A stretch of 64,000 bases of DNA from positions 3,720,001-3,784,000 of the forward strand of contig OZ176055.1 of assembly GCA_964247055.1 (NCBI GenBank), in the 5' to 3' direction. Below are positions 36,400 to 51,300 of this stretch, in pieces (the first letter of the stretch is position 1; every line of letters begins with the position of its first letter). Under the pieces are notes generated by a model. That model had not been told where the DNA came from. It did not search any database and was given only the letters and a program-made list of their open reading frames with translations. The stretch comes from Paragordius varius. Its lineage: Eukaryota > Animalia > Nematomorpha. Both the position numbers and the translations under genes were made by a program.

Positions 36400-39300
36400 T
36401 TATGTTATAATGATATTCTTGTAACACACACTACTGGAATTGAAAGGGGTACCATCTTCAACGTTTTCATCTCCCAAGAAATATCCTTGAGAACCTCCAC
36501 ATCCTTTTACACAGGGGTAGGCCGTTTCTATCAATAAAATGTTTTAAGAGATCGTATCGTCCAAAAGTATAGAAAATATTTATAGATATTGACTATGAAT
36601 ATATTTTTATGCCAAAGAATGTGAGCATTAATGTATAATTATCTCTATTTATTCATAAAAACTATTTTTGATTAAGTTAATTAGAATAGTTGATTTTAAA
36701 TGGCAATAAACCCAAAATATCTACAAAATCTCATTTGTATATAAAAAATCTGAAGAAAGATATGATAGAATTGGTTACTCATCTCAAAGCTAGTCCCAGG
36801 ATAATTCTTATCACAATATGGTTGATTAGCTTGTTGATAGGTTTGAGAAGATGAAGGCTAAATTATATATATTATTATTTTAATATATTTTTAATATTTA
36901 ACAAAAATAATAATTTTAATACCCCTGTGCAGATTGAATAATCCATGAAATCACCATCGCAATAAACTTCATATGCTTGACTATAAATATAAAAAAATCA
37001 TGACTACAATTTATCAAAATGTGTAAATTTAAGATATACAAATTTATTTATATACCATTAAAACTTCTATACTTTTATCAATATAATTTGCTGTATTGGT
37101 CCTAAAATATTTCTAAAAAATTAGCAAATTTAAGCCAAAAATAATTAGCAAATATTATATAATTACACATCTTTTCAAAGTTTTGACTTAAATAGATAGC
37201 ACACAAATCATAGAATTAATACATAATTTGAAAATTAGGTCGAATTGTAATAAAAAGCATTTTAAAAATAAAATATAATTTAATGTGCCACTATTGAGCG
37301 ATTCATAAATCAATATGAATATGATGGCAACAAGTTTGAGATGATAATCGTTTTCCAATTTTATATCTTTGCATAATACGCATAATCCATAAAATACGAT
37401 TTTTTTCGGCTGAATATCATAGATATTTAAGAGAAAGGTAATAAAGTGTTTAAACGTGAATATAATTATATAACCACAAATTATTATATAAAACATTATA
37501 TTTTGTTTAGGATACTTTGTAATTCAAATGAAAAAAGTAATAGAACTTAATATTATTTTGCACCTGTCAGTACTGCATGTCCTATTGCGATATTTATAGC
37601 CTATGGATCCCGAAAATCCCATGCAAGCCGTCCAACTTGTCCATGCGCCCCAATTGCCTATTTGTGCGTTTTGAACGGTTGTTTTATCAACACATTTAGA
37701 TTGGTAACAAATCTAAAAAATATCAAGGATTGATAACACTCTTCCATAATAATATATGGGCCATCACCGGTTAATTATATTGTAAAATAATGCTAAATAT
37801 AAGGTATATAAATTATGCAAAGCAAAAGTTTAGGTTTCTTTTGTAAAGAGCCTTAATTTCAAAAGCAAAAGACTGTCAATTTATATTACGTCCACCATAT
37901 ATTTCGTGCTATAAACCTATACAATTGGGATGTTAAATATGGGGAAGCTGTTAAATTAATTAAGGGTAATCCAATCCATCGCTAATCCTATATGATAAAT
38001 CATACAGAAAAAAGTGTGGATTATATTGTTTGTTAACATAAAAAATCATCACACTCTTTTATATTTTTAAGGTAGTTTTCTAAAAACAAAGTTTACTTTA
38101 GATATATGCCACATATTTTGAGATGTTATCGTAAAAATAAGTTAAGATTTATAGATAGATAAGAACCTTGGATTGTTGAGTAGTAGATAACGCTCCGTTT
38201 GACGTACAATAAGTCCCATCTAATGGGACATAATATTTGGAGTAATCGGATTGTCCGTTGTTGCAAACCAATTTAATGCATGTTGATTTCTGCGTTGAAA
38301 ATAATATTATTTGATAAAATACCTAAGGAAAAAGACTAATCAAAAAACCTTTTTCAAAAAATATTAATATACTTCAGCAACAATTTTATAGCCTGATCCC
38401 ACATCCAATTCACATTGCGTATTTAAATCTGTTTTATCTGCTGGGAATTTATCAACCGCATAATCTGCGCCATAATAATTTTTTTCGGTTAAACATTTCG
38501 CGTTCCCAGATCTATCGCATTAAATATATAAGTTAAATTTAGTTATTATATATCTATTGAAAAAACCACAAATAAAGCACAAATCGATTTTTAAATACAA
38601 TATTGTCAGCATATGCAGTATATAGTATACATTGCTTATTTTTCATTAATTTTTGCCAGATAGCACATTCAGCAAAGGGAATTATTATTGGCTTAAAAAT
38701 ATTTTTTTTTACTATTATTAGCCAATAATAAGCTCTTTGCTATATATGTTATCTGGAAAATTAGGTGGCAATATACCACTCATACTCTATATATAAAAAT
38801 TATAATTTTAAATAGTTTAGTTTAAGAGGGAGGCGAAATAATTAACCTAAGTGTTTGTGTTATTTGAAAGGAACTGCAAGGAGACCATCGATTTTGAGAA
38901 TCTGGAGAGGCTGAATTGTCCATTATACCGACATCATTTGCACATCCATTTACATCATCATGAGCGGATCCAAGACTATATTATATTTATTATGTTTTTA
39001 AAATAGTTAGAAAAAAAGACTTATTTTCAAATAAATAACAGCAACATAGTTTGATATTTTATAAAATTGATTATATTGTTATAGCTTCTTTGATTCGGTT
39101 AAGTAAATATAAAGTTAGAAGAATCTTCCGTTTACTACCAAATCGTATTGGCTTTAAAGAAAAAAATTGGGGATAAAAAAGTGTGGTTGACATAAATAAT
39201 TAACATTTATCATTTTATCTGCCACTCTTTGTAGATAAACTGCGACTTTAACAATTTCCACCTATCATATCCTACAGTATGAGTAAGTATGCATTGCTAG

Positions 39301-42300
39301 TTTTTCATTAATTATTGCCAGATAGCTTATATGGCAAATGGGAATATAATTGGCCTATAATTTCCCATATTACTGGTATTAGCCAATATTAATTCTCTTT
39401 GATGCATATGCTCTCCGACAATATTGGATAAAAACTAGCAATATATATTTACTCATACTATATTTTAATGTAACCAAATATCTTTTAAATAAAAATAATT
39501 ATATTTATATTTTCTTCTTTTCGCTAAGTACAAATTTATTTACGTGTGTCCCATTTCATGGACAATAACTGGATAGGTGAAAAACCCAGAATCTTGGACG
39601 GCAACGACTGACCCATCTTTTTGGCAAACATCACCGGTCATGGAAATCCCTAAAATTAAAGATGAAAATAATTTTACAGTAAAAATTGAAATTACACATA
39701 CAAAATGTTTAAACTAAAACACAAATTTTTGTCAAAAAAGACGGCCATATTTTTTTAATCTTAATTTTTTAAAATATAACTCATTCATTTTGGGTGAAAA
39801 AAAGGGAATAGGTATGTAAATTGTTAGCGCATTTATTTATATATTTCAAAACTGTTATCAATAGTTGTATATATGGGAAAATTGAGGTTCCAGAAGTATG
39901 GTCGCCTTGATTAAAAAAATGTTTGTCTTTTCTTTTTAGATTGTATAATTTCTATATTTAATGTATAGGCAAGTTAAAAATATATACACTACTTGTTTAA
40001 CTCCCATGGTTAATATTTAGCTATTAATGTACAACAAATTGTTTTTTATATATAAAAATTAGTAAAGAATTATTTAAAGGTTTTGTAAAAACCTAGTAAC
40101 CACTGATTATTTTTTATTTTTTATTAGAAATGTCAACAATAAATTTAGACATATTGTCACAAGAAAAATTATTGTAATTTAAATATTCACCGTAAGTCCC
40201 ACCATTAGCATCTTTATATTTCCTGTATAAAGGTAAAATAAATAAATAAATGTAGAGAATGTTCATAAGACACTTAATATTATTTTAAAATAATTTTATA
40301 TTTCTATAAAATAACTTGTATTTAATGATATAAATTATTTAGAGTTATTGAAGTAAACTTACGTGGATAGCATAACTGCAATATCAATGGTAGGAGCATC
40401 TTTTGCCTTATAATTTGCTACATTTTGTCGATTAAGATTATCGTTGTTTGTAACTACTTGATCGGACTAAAATTCATATATAATTTCTGTTAGATTCCAA
40501 GTATAAATTAAGACTCCTTGCATGCAAGAAAAATATTTTTTTAACAAATATTCCCTTTTTTAGACATATTGTCTGTTAATCAAAAATAAATGTGTCATCA
40601 ATTTAATATTTAGAAAAGTAAACAAACTCGTAGGAAAAAAACGTAATATTTTACAAAAAATATATTTGAATAAGATTTAGGCTGAATATCTGTGATGCTT
40701 TTAATCCAAAAAATGACAAATTAACCGAAAAACCAAAGCTTTTTAATATTACAATATATTAATATCAATTTTCAGCGGACCAATTTTCAGAAGTGAAAAA
40801 TTAAAGCTTTTTGTGTTGGACGCCCCACTAAAAGAGCCTTTACTTGCCAAAAATATATGATATTTAAGGACATTTACTTAAATTACACTTACAGGATATC
40901 CCCTTATATCTGAAAGTTGAATTTTAATTTTTGTCCTTAGAGTTGGATTATGGTAAAAGTTATTGATTTGTGATGCCAAAAGTGCCATCAAATAAATGGG
41001 TGTTATTGAGTAATCCGCTGTGTAGTAAAACAAAAGTTCCACTGTTATGGTTTGAGGAACGGGAATATGCCTGGCTATTTTAACGGGTTCATCTAATTTT
41101 TTAAAAAAATATAAGTGTTAAAAAAATTATTTTATATTCAATCAAGTCTATTTATATATTACATATGGCATCGGCATATTGGATAGCATCAAACTTTTGC
41201 CCTTTCATCAAATGATCCGGATATTTGGTTATTTTGAAATTATGGCCCGCAAAACTTCTTTCGGTTATTGAGCGTTTACCGCTAACATTTAAAAGTTGGC
41301 TCAGATCCACCGTCGGTTTTATTTCGTAATGGCTGTCATGCGTGTTTAAACTCATCACCTTTAACAATAGAGTATTAAATTTTACCGACATAACGATTTA
41401 AACATAATATCTAACTTTAATGGGTATATCTGAATTTGAATGTAATATACAGTATAAGTAAGACATTGGTGGTGTTTCGTTAACCAGATATAATAAACAG
41501 CAAAAAATCATTTGCTAATAAAAAGTAAAATAACTGCCCTTTGCTGTATAAGTTATCTGGCAATAATTAGAATAAAAAAACTGGCAATAAATAATTACTC
41601 ATACTGTAATTTTTATTTTTTTGGTTTTACAATGGCATAAAACTAAAATAAAATATTCTAATTTAAACATAAAAATAATTCTACAATGAATTTTTGCAAT
41701 TATGATAAAAAAGTAACCATTTGTTTTGTTAATGGATCATAGATGACTGATAATGGGAATTTGCGAACATTCAAATGTGCGTGGGGCATTGACATAATTC
41801 TTTTTATTTCATTCTTGATATATTGGTGGCTTAAAAAATCATTGTTTGAGCTCTTAGTAGATAATTTCGATATAAGCGCTTTCAAATTCATCATCGTATA
41901 ATCTTTTCCTGTGTTCGACTCTCTCGAATTAGTGTTAAACAGATAAGCTTCTCCCGAATGTAACATATTATCAATGTTTCGAAAATATTCTGGATTTTTA
42001 AAGTGTGTTTGGAAATCGGGTGCCAAAATAGATTGACTGTTTTTCCGTAATTTGAGGAGCAAATATTGTCGCTTAGATTTATGTTTGTTTTTGTTGTCCG
42101 ATTTATTTTTCGTTTTATTTTTATTCTTGTTTTTTGTTTTATTTTTATCAGGCTTAGGAGTCGAACTGACAGTTTGCTCTTCTGGACTATCCATCATTAT
42201 ATTTGTATCAGTGTCAGGTGACGCCTCTTCGTTATCTAAGCTTTCATTTTCTTTAATGGAATCAATGATTTCATTATTCGTTTCATTTTCTAAAGATCCA

Positions 42301-43210
42301 TTTGTAGGATCATTTGCATGTACATTTTCGGGGATATCGGGATCTATAAATGTTTTTTAAATATTAATTTGAATTAAGGCACTAGAGTTTGGATTCGGAT
42401 GGTTAATGCATTCCTAATGGTGACTGTGGCCGTTTATAAAAAAACGAGTCAAAACTAATATTATGAAATAAATAACATAATAAATCATGACATATTTAAG
42501 TAGTACAAAAAATTCTGAATTATTGATGATAATTTATTACATTTTCATTTATTGTTAATATCATTAAGTCCTTTAATGGTTAATTTCTTTGTTAAGCTTA
42601 ATATATATATATGTCAATCTTTTGATATTAATGGCTGATTAATAATAAGTAACCAATTTTTAGACCAAACCCAACCCCAATGTACTTTATTAATAAGACT
42701 TAGGAGAATCTTTAATATCAACCGTTTTCTTCCATTGATGAGTTATTATCGGTGTAATCTGGCAACATTTCTATCGATCCTTCGGCTTGTCGTTTCCATA
42801 ATTTTTGGTGGTGAACAGATACAATTTTATTTTTATCTAAAGCGCCTCCATTTTCTATTCCGTCAGAAACGAGCTCTAACATTATCCAATGGTAAGGGTC
42901 TGAAAGCGCTACCTGATCGCTTCTTTTACCCCCCAACAAATTATGGTAACTAAAATTATTGCGCCGATATGGCCTCAAACTGTCAAACGTGCTTTTATCA
43001 TACAGATTTGCCAAAGAATCCGAAGTTAACAGGGTAGGGTAAGCTATTCCATTTGTTACCATAAGCTTTTCTATTAAATGTTAAGATTGGTTGTGATTAA
43101 TTAAAATAATTTAATGTTTAAAAAATTTACTGAAATATACCTGTAAAACTCCTCTGTATACGGGAAACGCAAATTATGCCGATAATATAAAGCAATCCTG
43201 ATAAATACAT
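36400..43210 (-). CDS. ADAMTS-like secreted M12B metalloprotease, paralog 1 (15 exons)
   Basis: Signal exon 43210-43141 (MYLSGLLYIIGIICVSR). Pro-exons 43070-42723, 42343-41718 and 41358-41163. Catalytic HEMGHT|LGSAHD with Met-turn GIMD (~39660-39545, ~38975-38850). Disintegrin-like QC..PLDGTYC, TSP1 GNWGAWTSWTAC..RNRTC (~37710-37565), and last exon ..DGTPFNSSSVCYKNIIIT* ending 36400. GT-AG phases are consistent wherever checked. Confidence 0.88.
39275..39460. mobile_element. Small TA-flanked MITE; relatives at 41450-41606, ~38620-38790 and ~3910-4030
   Basis: TA|CAGTATGAGTAA...TTACTCATACTA|TA with shared internal TTGCCAGATA..GCAAAGGG..TATTAGCCAATA. Confidence 0.65.
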
Positions 43211-44044
43211 TTGATAAAGTATAAAAATGATTGGTGAATGATATATTATAAGCTCCTTTTATACATTTTTTTGATAATGTGAAAGCCCATTTTAACAGCG
43301 TTTGTGATCTCTAAACCTAATTACCTATATTATTCCCTTTATTTCAAATCATATTTTAATTTTTCATACCCTTTACATAGTTTGATACACGTATCACTTA
43401 AAAATAATTTCATTGGGTATAAATAACCAATTTACACAGGTGTATGCGCCAAATTTAAATTTTAACATAATACAAAATCTAAAATAACCTTTAACAATTT
43501 GTATCAAGTTTTAAATTGTCGTCCCTTTAAATAGATATGTGAATTTATGTGACACACTCCATTTACCTATTTATTATATGGGTATAAGAAAATTTAATTA
43601 TATATCAAATAATCAGTTTCATCCATATTTTTCAGTTTATATGCTACATATAAAAATTCTCATGATTTAAAATGGACTGCATCTGATTTTTAATTTTAAG
43701 TCTTTTCTTTATAATAATTATTTTTTCGGGATAAAAAACGGAATGTATTTGTATTCATGATAATAATTGATTTTGCTAAGTCAATTTTGAACAACATTGA
43801 ATTATGAAAATTTTAGAATGCTTGATTAAGGAATCGAATAAGGGACACAAATAATATAATACTTTTTTTAAAATTATGACATTCTGTACCAATTTAAGGT
43901 ATATTAGTTATTTTTATCAGGGAAGTTGGACAAATATATTTTCATTTCAAAGCTGATCCCTTTAAGGGTTAATTTATTAAAAATTTAAAGGATCCTTTGT
44001 TCACCGCATTAGTGCAATTATCCATTTTTAAACCCTTTTATTAA

Positions 44045-44624
44045 CACTTCGATTCAAATTGGGGTATCTAAATACCCCAGACTAAATTTAAGTTAGGATT
44101 TTTTATAACCTACTGAAGGAAACGGTCCCAATTTAAATTTATGCTTCTATCCTAATTAAAATTATATAAATATGCCAAAATATCTAAATAAAATTTTGTC
44201 TTGAAAAAAAAGTTCCATGTCAAACTACTTCGACGCCATTTTTTTTATAAAATTTTTGCAAAATATCGTCTTCATTTAATTTTAAGGGTAGAATTAAAGC
44301 TAATTTTTTATTTAAATTACATCTAACATTGATAGAAATAGAAAAAGAGGGTTATTTTTTATTATTTTTCAATTTTACAATTGCACGCATGTTACGTTGA
44401 CTAAATTTTTACCTTTCGGTGTTAGCTTAAAATAAGTAATATCAAGTATTTTTGAATAAAATTTTTTATATATATCGGTTTATTAATGTTATATAAGTGC
44501 AAAATTTTTCCATGGTTATGATCCCTTCCATATTTTTTAAAGAATTTAATATTAAACACACCTGGGGTATTTAACTACCCCAATTTGAATCGAAGGACTA
44601 AAATGAATATGTTGTATCCAAGTG
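44045..44624 (+). mobile_element. piggyBac-like MITE, copy 3 of 3 (intact TTAA TSD)
   Basis: TTAA|CACTTCGATTCAA...TTGTATCCAAGTG|TTAA. Subterminal inverted repeats CGATTCAAATTGGGGTA..TACCCCAG are present. Confidence 0.85.
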
Positions 44625-45380
44625 TTAATAGCCAGAAAAGTTGCATTCATTTTTTAAGAGAAGTCATGTTGTCATTTAGACCGCCATCATCTTAAAGCTT
44701 GAATATTAATTTAAAAGTGTAAAACTGTTTGCTAACTTTAGAATTTTTATCTGAATTTTACTGTGCCTTTTAGGCTGATACAGCCTTAAAAACTCAAAAA
44801 TAAATTAAGATATTCATTTATTATCACAAAGTAAATGATAAAATTATTTCCAAACTATCCCACATAAGATGAGAGTATAAAGAACAGAAGTTTGAATCCT
44901 TCTCCGTTTAATGGAAGCCTTAATCTTTTACAGCTTCTTACAAAAATATTTTATTTAATTTGATTTTGTTCCACCAATTCTTATCTAGTTAGCACACAAT
45001 ATTTTTGCCGGTAAAGGATATGTGTAATTTACCAGTTTTGTCAGACAAAGCGGAAATATATCAGTTATAGAAACTTTTATAGTGACAAAAAATAAAGAAC
45101 ATGATGATTTATATATGCGACCTTGTCAAACATAAAATAAAATTATCCGGTTTATTATTTTTTTAATATTTTTTGTAAAATTTTGATGATATTAACAAGT
45201 CATATGAACAATGATACAGATAAATGGATGAATTTATTAATATTATATAAAATCCATAGATAAAAAATATCACAAAAATCAATCTAATTTTTACAATAAA
45301 ACTTTCTAATCAAGATATTAAAATATGTGGGCTTTTGAATATACATCGATATATATAATGTATAAATAATAATCAACATG

Positions 45381-48300
45381 TTATGTAATGATTATTCCTT
45401 TAAAACAGACACCAGTAGAATTAAATGGTGTTCCATCCACAACATTTTCTGTCCCTACGAAATATCCGGCGGAACTTCCACACCCCTTAATGCACGGATA
45501 AGAGGATTCTAGAATAAATTAAAATAAGATAATTTACGATAACATATTCGTTAAAAATTATAATTATTTTTATTGTGATATTAACAGAGAATGCGTGGTG
45601 GTATAGTAAGTAGGGCGCCGGACTCTCACACTGCGTTCCTGAATTCGAACCCCGAAACTACGCAATTTTTCCATCATCACTCTCCTGGGCAGGCGAGTGT
45701 TAAAGCTATCATATGTCCCGAGACAATTTAAGTCCCTACCCTTTAATAAAAAAGGAAAAACGTGACCCTAAACATATATTAAGATATTGACAGAAAACTT
45801 TTCCGCCATGGTTTTGTGATTTTTGCCATATTATTGTGGTTTACGTGTGATATTTTTGGGCTGCTAAATTGAGAATGATATATGAATCCTTATTTTTACA
45901 AATGGATTGTATATTTTACGAAATTTAATATCAAGGTAATAATATATTATTTATCGAAAAAAGGATTTGCAAATATGAAATTTATTTAAAAGATTTTTCA
46001 TAAAGCTTTTTGTTATACGATAAATTTATGCCACAAAACTATAAAAATCTGAGTGGTATTTTATCTAAGTTGAAAAAAACCAGGTTTTATACAAATTCAA
46101 ATATACCCCTAAATGACCCAATATTATGATCATTAAATTAAAATGCTCTTGCGACGAATTTGAATCTGATTATAATTTAAGTGGAACTAACTAGTTAAAA
46201 TATTGATAGGGCAAAGGTCAATTCTTTTACCATTGATTTTCGAAAGTAAAAGTTTCAATTTTATCCAATAAAATATTCAAATATTTTTTGTTTAAAATGT
46301 TGTAGGTTGGAAGATATTTGTTTAAAATTTGCAAAAATTAATAAATAAATTGGTTGCATCTTAAGAGAATGTTTTTTATTAAAAAACTTATGGGATTATT
46401 CAAATAATATATTGTTTACTCAATTCAAAAGTTGTTCCAGGATAATTCTTATCACAATATGGTTGATTGGCTTGTTGATATGTCTGGGATGATGCAGGCT
46501 AGAAGGTAGGTTATTACATTTAAACATTTAAATTATAATATTTCAAAATTTTGTGCTTAAAAATTATGGAAAATATCCAATGAAAAATAATGTAAATTTA
46601 CGCAGTCAATGTCTTTTTTATTATATATACTTTTAAAATTAAGATTCTAATAATTTTTATCTTTTTATGGTTTCTTAAAATTATTATTTTTTAATTATTT
46701 TAATAAAGTAAATTAAATACCCCAGAGCATGTCGAATAGTCCATAAAATCCCCGTCGCAATATACTCCATATGGTTCTCTAAAATTTTAATCAAAATTTT
46801 TATTAATCAACATCTAAGGATTTAATTTTAAGTATTTTGAAAAACTACTTCTACCCCATATACTATTAACTTTTCAAAAATATAACCAATTTTATAAGCT
46901 AATTTTTATTTTCTAAAAAAAATCCATAAGAACTTTAAGTAGATTTTACTTATCAACATTGCATGTACGGTTTCGATATTTATATCCAATTGAACCCGAA
47001 AATCCCAAACAAGCTGTCCAAGATGTCCAAGGTCCCCAATTACCAATTTTTGCATTTTGAACTGTAGTTTTATCGACACATTTGGATTGATAACATACCT
47101 ATATGTTTTGGAATAATATGATATAATATCAGCAAAATTAATAAAAAATTTATTAATGATTTTCGTTAGATTCCTCTAACTTCTTCGGATTAACACAAAA
47201 AAATTAAATTTATTGAATAAAAACTTTTAAGCTATTATGCAAATTAACGCTTAAAGGAGCTTTAAATATTTTACTTTAGATTGAGGTGTGGTTGAAAGAG
47301 CCCCATTTGCCGTACAGTATGTGCCATCCAAAGGTACATAATATTTTTGATAATCTTTTTGTCCATTATTACATACCAATTTGATACACGTGGATTTCTA
47401 TACAATGAAGTGTTGATATATTACACACAGTAAAAATTTAAACTACATACAGACAAAATATAAAAACATAAATATTTTCTAAAAAGAGCTATACTTTTTT
47501 AAATATCTTTCAATTAATTTTCTATTTAAATTTCTTCGATTATCATTATATTACGGATTTCACAACTGTTTTTACAAAACATAATCAATCCGTCATTTAC
47601 CATTAATTAATATAAGTTAATTTATGTAATGGGAATGTAAATTGGTAACACAATCAATTATTTATTTTACAATTAGTATTAAATAGAATGCATTGGAAAC
47701 ATCAAATGGTGGTCTTTTGGAAAAAAATATTTGTCTTTACAGTTTGTCTGTATAAATTGTATTTTAATATATTTTTCAATTTTTCTGAGATTCATACTTC
47801 AGGAACTATCTTGTAACCAGAACCCACATCAGTTTCGCATTGTATGTTAAGGTTAACTTTATCAGCGGGGAATTTGTCGACTTCGTATGCGGCCCCATAA
47901 TAATTTTTTTCTGTCAAGCATTTTGCATTGCCAGATCTATTGAAAATTAATATTTAGAAATAAAAAATTAACGTTTCACCCATACTTATTCTTAATTTTT
48001 TTCTTCTTTGATGTGAATTGGTGTTACACGATGCGCATAAAACCAATGATTAAGTTAGAAAAGTGAATTGATGATTTTCGTTAGTAACCAACAAAAATTG
48101 ATTTTATCATACAAACAGTATCAATACATTTTTTCTTATTTTCTAATTATTTGGTACTTAATTAAGGATTTTCAAGCTATCAAATAAAATTAATAAATTT
48201 TTGGTACACCCCCTTTTATTACTCAGTTATTGTAAACAATTAAGAGTGTATTATTCATAAAATTTATAAATCACAATTTTATATTTTTAAATATAAGTAA

Positions 48301-51300
48301 ATATAATTTTATTTATCCCGATAGAGGTAGTACCTTAAAGTTTGCGTAATTTGAAATGAACTACATGGGGACCAACGACTTTGGCTGTCAGGAGAAGCAT
48401 TATTATCCATAATACCCACATCATTAGCACAACCGTTCACATCATCATGCTGAGACCCTAAACTATAAAAATATATTATTATAAGTAAGTCTTTATTTAA
48501 TCAAACTAAATTTTTTTATCTATGTACATAGCCAAGACATTATAATTAAAATTTAATGGTAACCAAAAAAGATTCTATAAATAGTTTTTTAGATATTTCG
48601 AATTCGTATTTATTTAAGTTAAATAGATAGGATGATAATTTAGTATTTACGTGTGGCCCATCTCATGTACCATAATAGGATAGGTAAAAAAGCCCGAATC
48701 TTGAAGGGCAACAACACTACCTTCGGTTTGGCATACATCTCCAGTCAAAGCAATCCCTAAAAATTTTATTATTCAATAATTTATATAAAAACCATTTTTA
48801 AAACAAAAATACCATAAGTTCCACCATTCTCATCTTTGTATTTGCTAATATAAAATACGATTATAATTTGGGTTTATAAAAATTTCTTTTGCATTCCATT
48901 TTTGTAATAAAAAATTAGCGAGTCCTTACGTCGAGAGCATAATTGCAATGTCAATGGTGGGGGCATCTTTTGCTTTATAACTCGCTACGTTTTGGCGATT
49001 TTTATTATCATTGTTGGTAATAACTAGATCCTCCTATATAAAAATTTTATAGCATTTTGAATATTTTAATTATTAATCGTTTCTTTCTCTGCAAAAATTT
49101 ATGCAATAAATGCAAAAAAAAGTATATAGTTTAAGGGTACATTTTGAAAAAATTATGCCTAATTGGGGGTAAAAAGGAAATTTATGAAATAACCGGGTAT
49201 CCACGTATATCTGATAGTTGTATATTAATTTTGGCCTGTAATGTCGGATTATGGTAAAAATTGTTCACTTGGGACGCAATCAGATAAAGCCAATATATGG
49301 GTGTTGGTGAAAGGTTTAACGTTACATAATATAAAAGTTCCACGGTAAGATTTTGAGTGATCGGCACGTGACGAGGTATTTTAACCAATTCGCCTTTCCA
49401 GACAAAATATATTACAGTAAAAATTTAAATTATACAGACAAAAGGTTATGACACATGTTTTTTTACAAAATATCGCTATATTTTTTAATCTAGAGATATG
49501 TAAATTGGTAACGCAATCAACAATTATTTAGGATTGCAGTTAGATAATTATATGGGAAGTATGGTTGTCTTAAAAAGCATTGTCTCTCTATTTTTGTTCT
49601 TTGTCTGTATCAATAACACTGTATATTTTATATAAACTTTACCAAACTATAGCAATACAAAAAAATAGTGCTCTACAACAAAAATAATTTAATAACTTTT
49701 TGAATCTGGATAAATGATATTATCATATTTTTTGTTTTGGACAAGTGATCGCGGATACATGGTAACTTTGTAATTGTGTGGCTGAAATTCGTGTGTCGGT
49801 GTCAACCGTTTTTTCCTGTTTCCAACTTTAAAGATTTCGGGTAAACCTGGCGATATTATTTCATAATGGCGATCTTTAGTGTTTAGACTTAAAGCCTATT
49901 GTATGTGTAAAAAATATTTAGATATAAACGAATTTTAAGAATATGCTATATTTTTAGAATTATACCATTTGATTGCTGTTTGAATCATATATTACTGATA
50001 ATGGATATTTTTCGATATAATGATTGATATTTGGCAATTGCATCAACTTGCTTAACATGTGTGAAAGAGAGCTATGAGTAATTTTTTTGCCATTACCCGA
50101 AGAAAGTTTATCAAGAAGGTCTTGTATTTTCAATGGAATCAGACTATTAGGTTCTTGGTTTAAATCCACAATATTGGAATTAATAACATAGGCATATCCT
50201 GAATACAACATATCATCGATTTGATGAAAATATTCTGGTGTCTCTACCTGAGTTTGAAAGTCTGGTGCTAAGATTGGCTCTTTATTTTTTTCGATGTTTA
50301 ACAGTAAAAAACGGACCCTACCACCCCTTGTGCTCTCTGAACTATTTAAACCATTTTTATTTTCATTTTTGTTATCCCATTTATTTCTGCCTCTATTTCT
50401 ATCTTTTCGATTACCTTTATTACTTGTTTCATTGGAATCAATACTACTATTTTCTTCTACTGAATCCACAACATTTTCCTTGTTGTGAGTTTTAGAGCTT
50501 GGATTTTCACGCATGTTTCCAAATATTTTTTTATCATGATAGCGTTGAGAAGATGGTTTATGTCCAAACCACGGTCTTCTATTTGTTTCATCAGCAGATG
50601 CTTCATTCGTCTCGGCTAATAAAAACAATTTAAAATAAAATATAAATATATATATTTTTAATACCATTTACACATCAAATGTACCCTTTAACATGTCAAA
50701 TTTACCCTAAAATAAATTAAGTGTTTTTTTAATATTGAAATTATCTATTTTTTCTATTCATAAAAAAGTTAAATTTTATAAAAAATTTACAAACAAATAA
50801 TAAACTATGCCATAAAGAAATATTACATATGGATGGAGTTATATTAGCTTAAAAACACTTAATTTATTTATAGCTTGAATTTGAAATGTTCAGGGATGAA
50901 ATTGAGGTGTAAACGGTATATAAAAAGTTGGTTAAGATTTTTTAAACATACTGTTTATATCTATATTCTCATCATCAATATGCCCTTCATGATCATTGCG
51001 TTTATCGATAAAATTTGCCACTGATGGATTGTAGCTTCCATTTTCTTCGTCAGTCAATGTTAAAAGTATCCAGCGTGGTGAGGTTGTTGAAATTCCTGAT
51101 AATAACCCTCTTTTTTCCATTTTATGATATTCTGCATTAGTATTTATTAAAGATGGGTAAGCGGTTCCTTTGGTAATTTCCAACTTTTCTAAAAAATATT
51201 TTTAGAGTATATTTGTTAATACAATATCTAAAAGTCCGATTTGTTCAAATATTAATTTAATTTTGACATAACCTACAATTTCTCACACACATCTAAAAAT

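Noticed and set aside
42344-42488. Signal-peptide-like MIYYVIYFIILVL with in-frame TAG and TAA, suggesting a pseudogene or stop-codon reassignment
   Set aside because: The stretch falls inside an intron (42722-42344) of the better model. All other exons checked are open under the standard code.
42718-43062. Stand-alone neuropeptide-precursor genes (this ORF and 50932-51183)
   Set aside because: Both have phase-1 acceptor and donor sites that splice in frame to the signal exon and the next protease exon, so they are internal exons.
50616-50667. MVLKIYIFIFYFKLFLL as the signal peptide of paralog 2
   Set aside because: It is the T-rich acceptor tract (..TTTTTATTAG). The true signal exon at 51811-51736 matches paralog 1 (IIGIIC).
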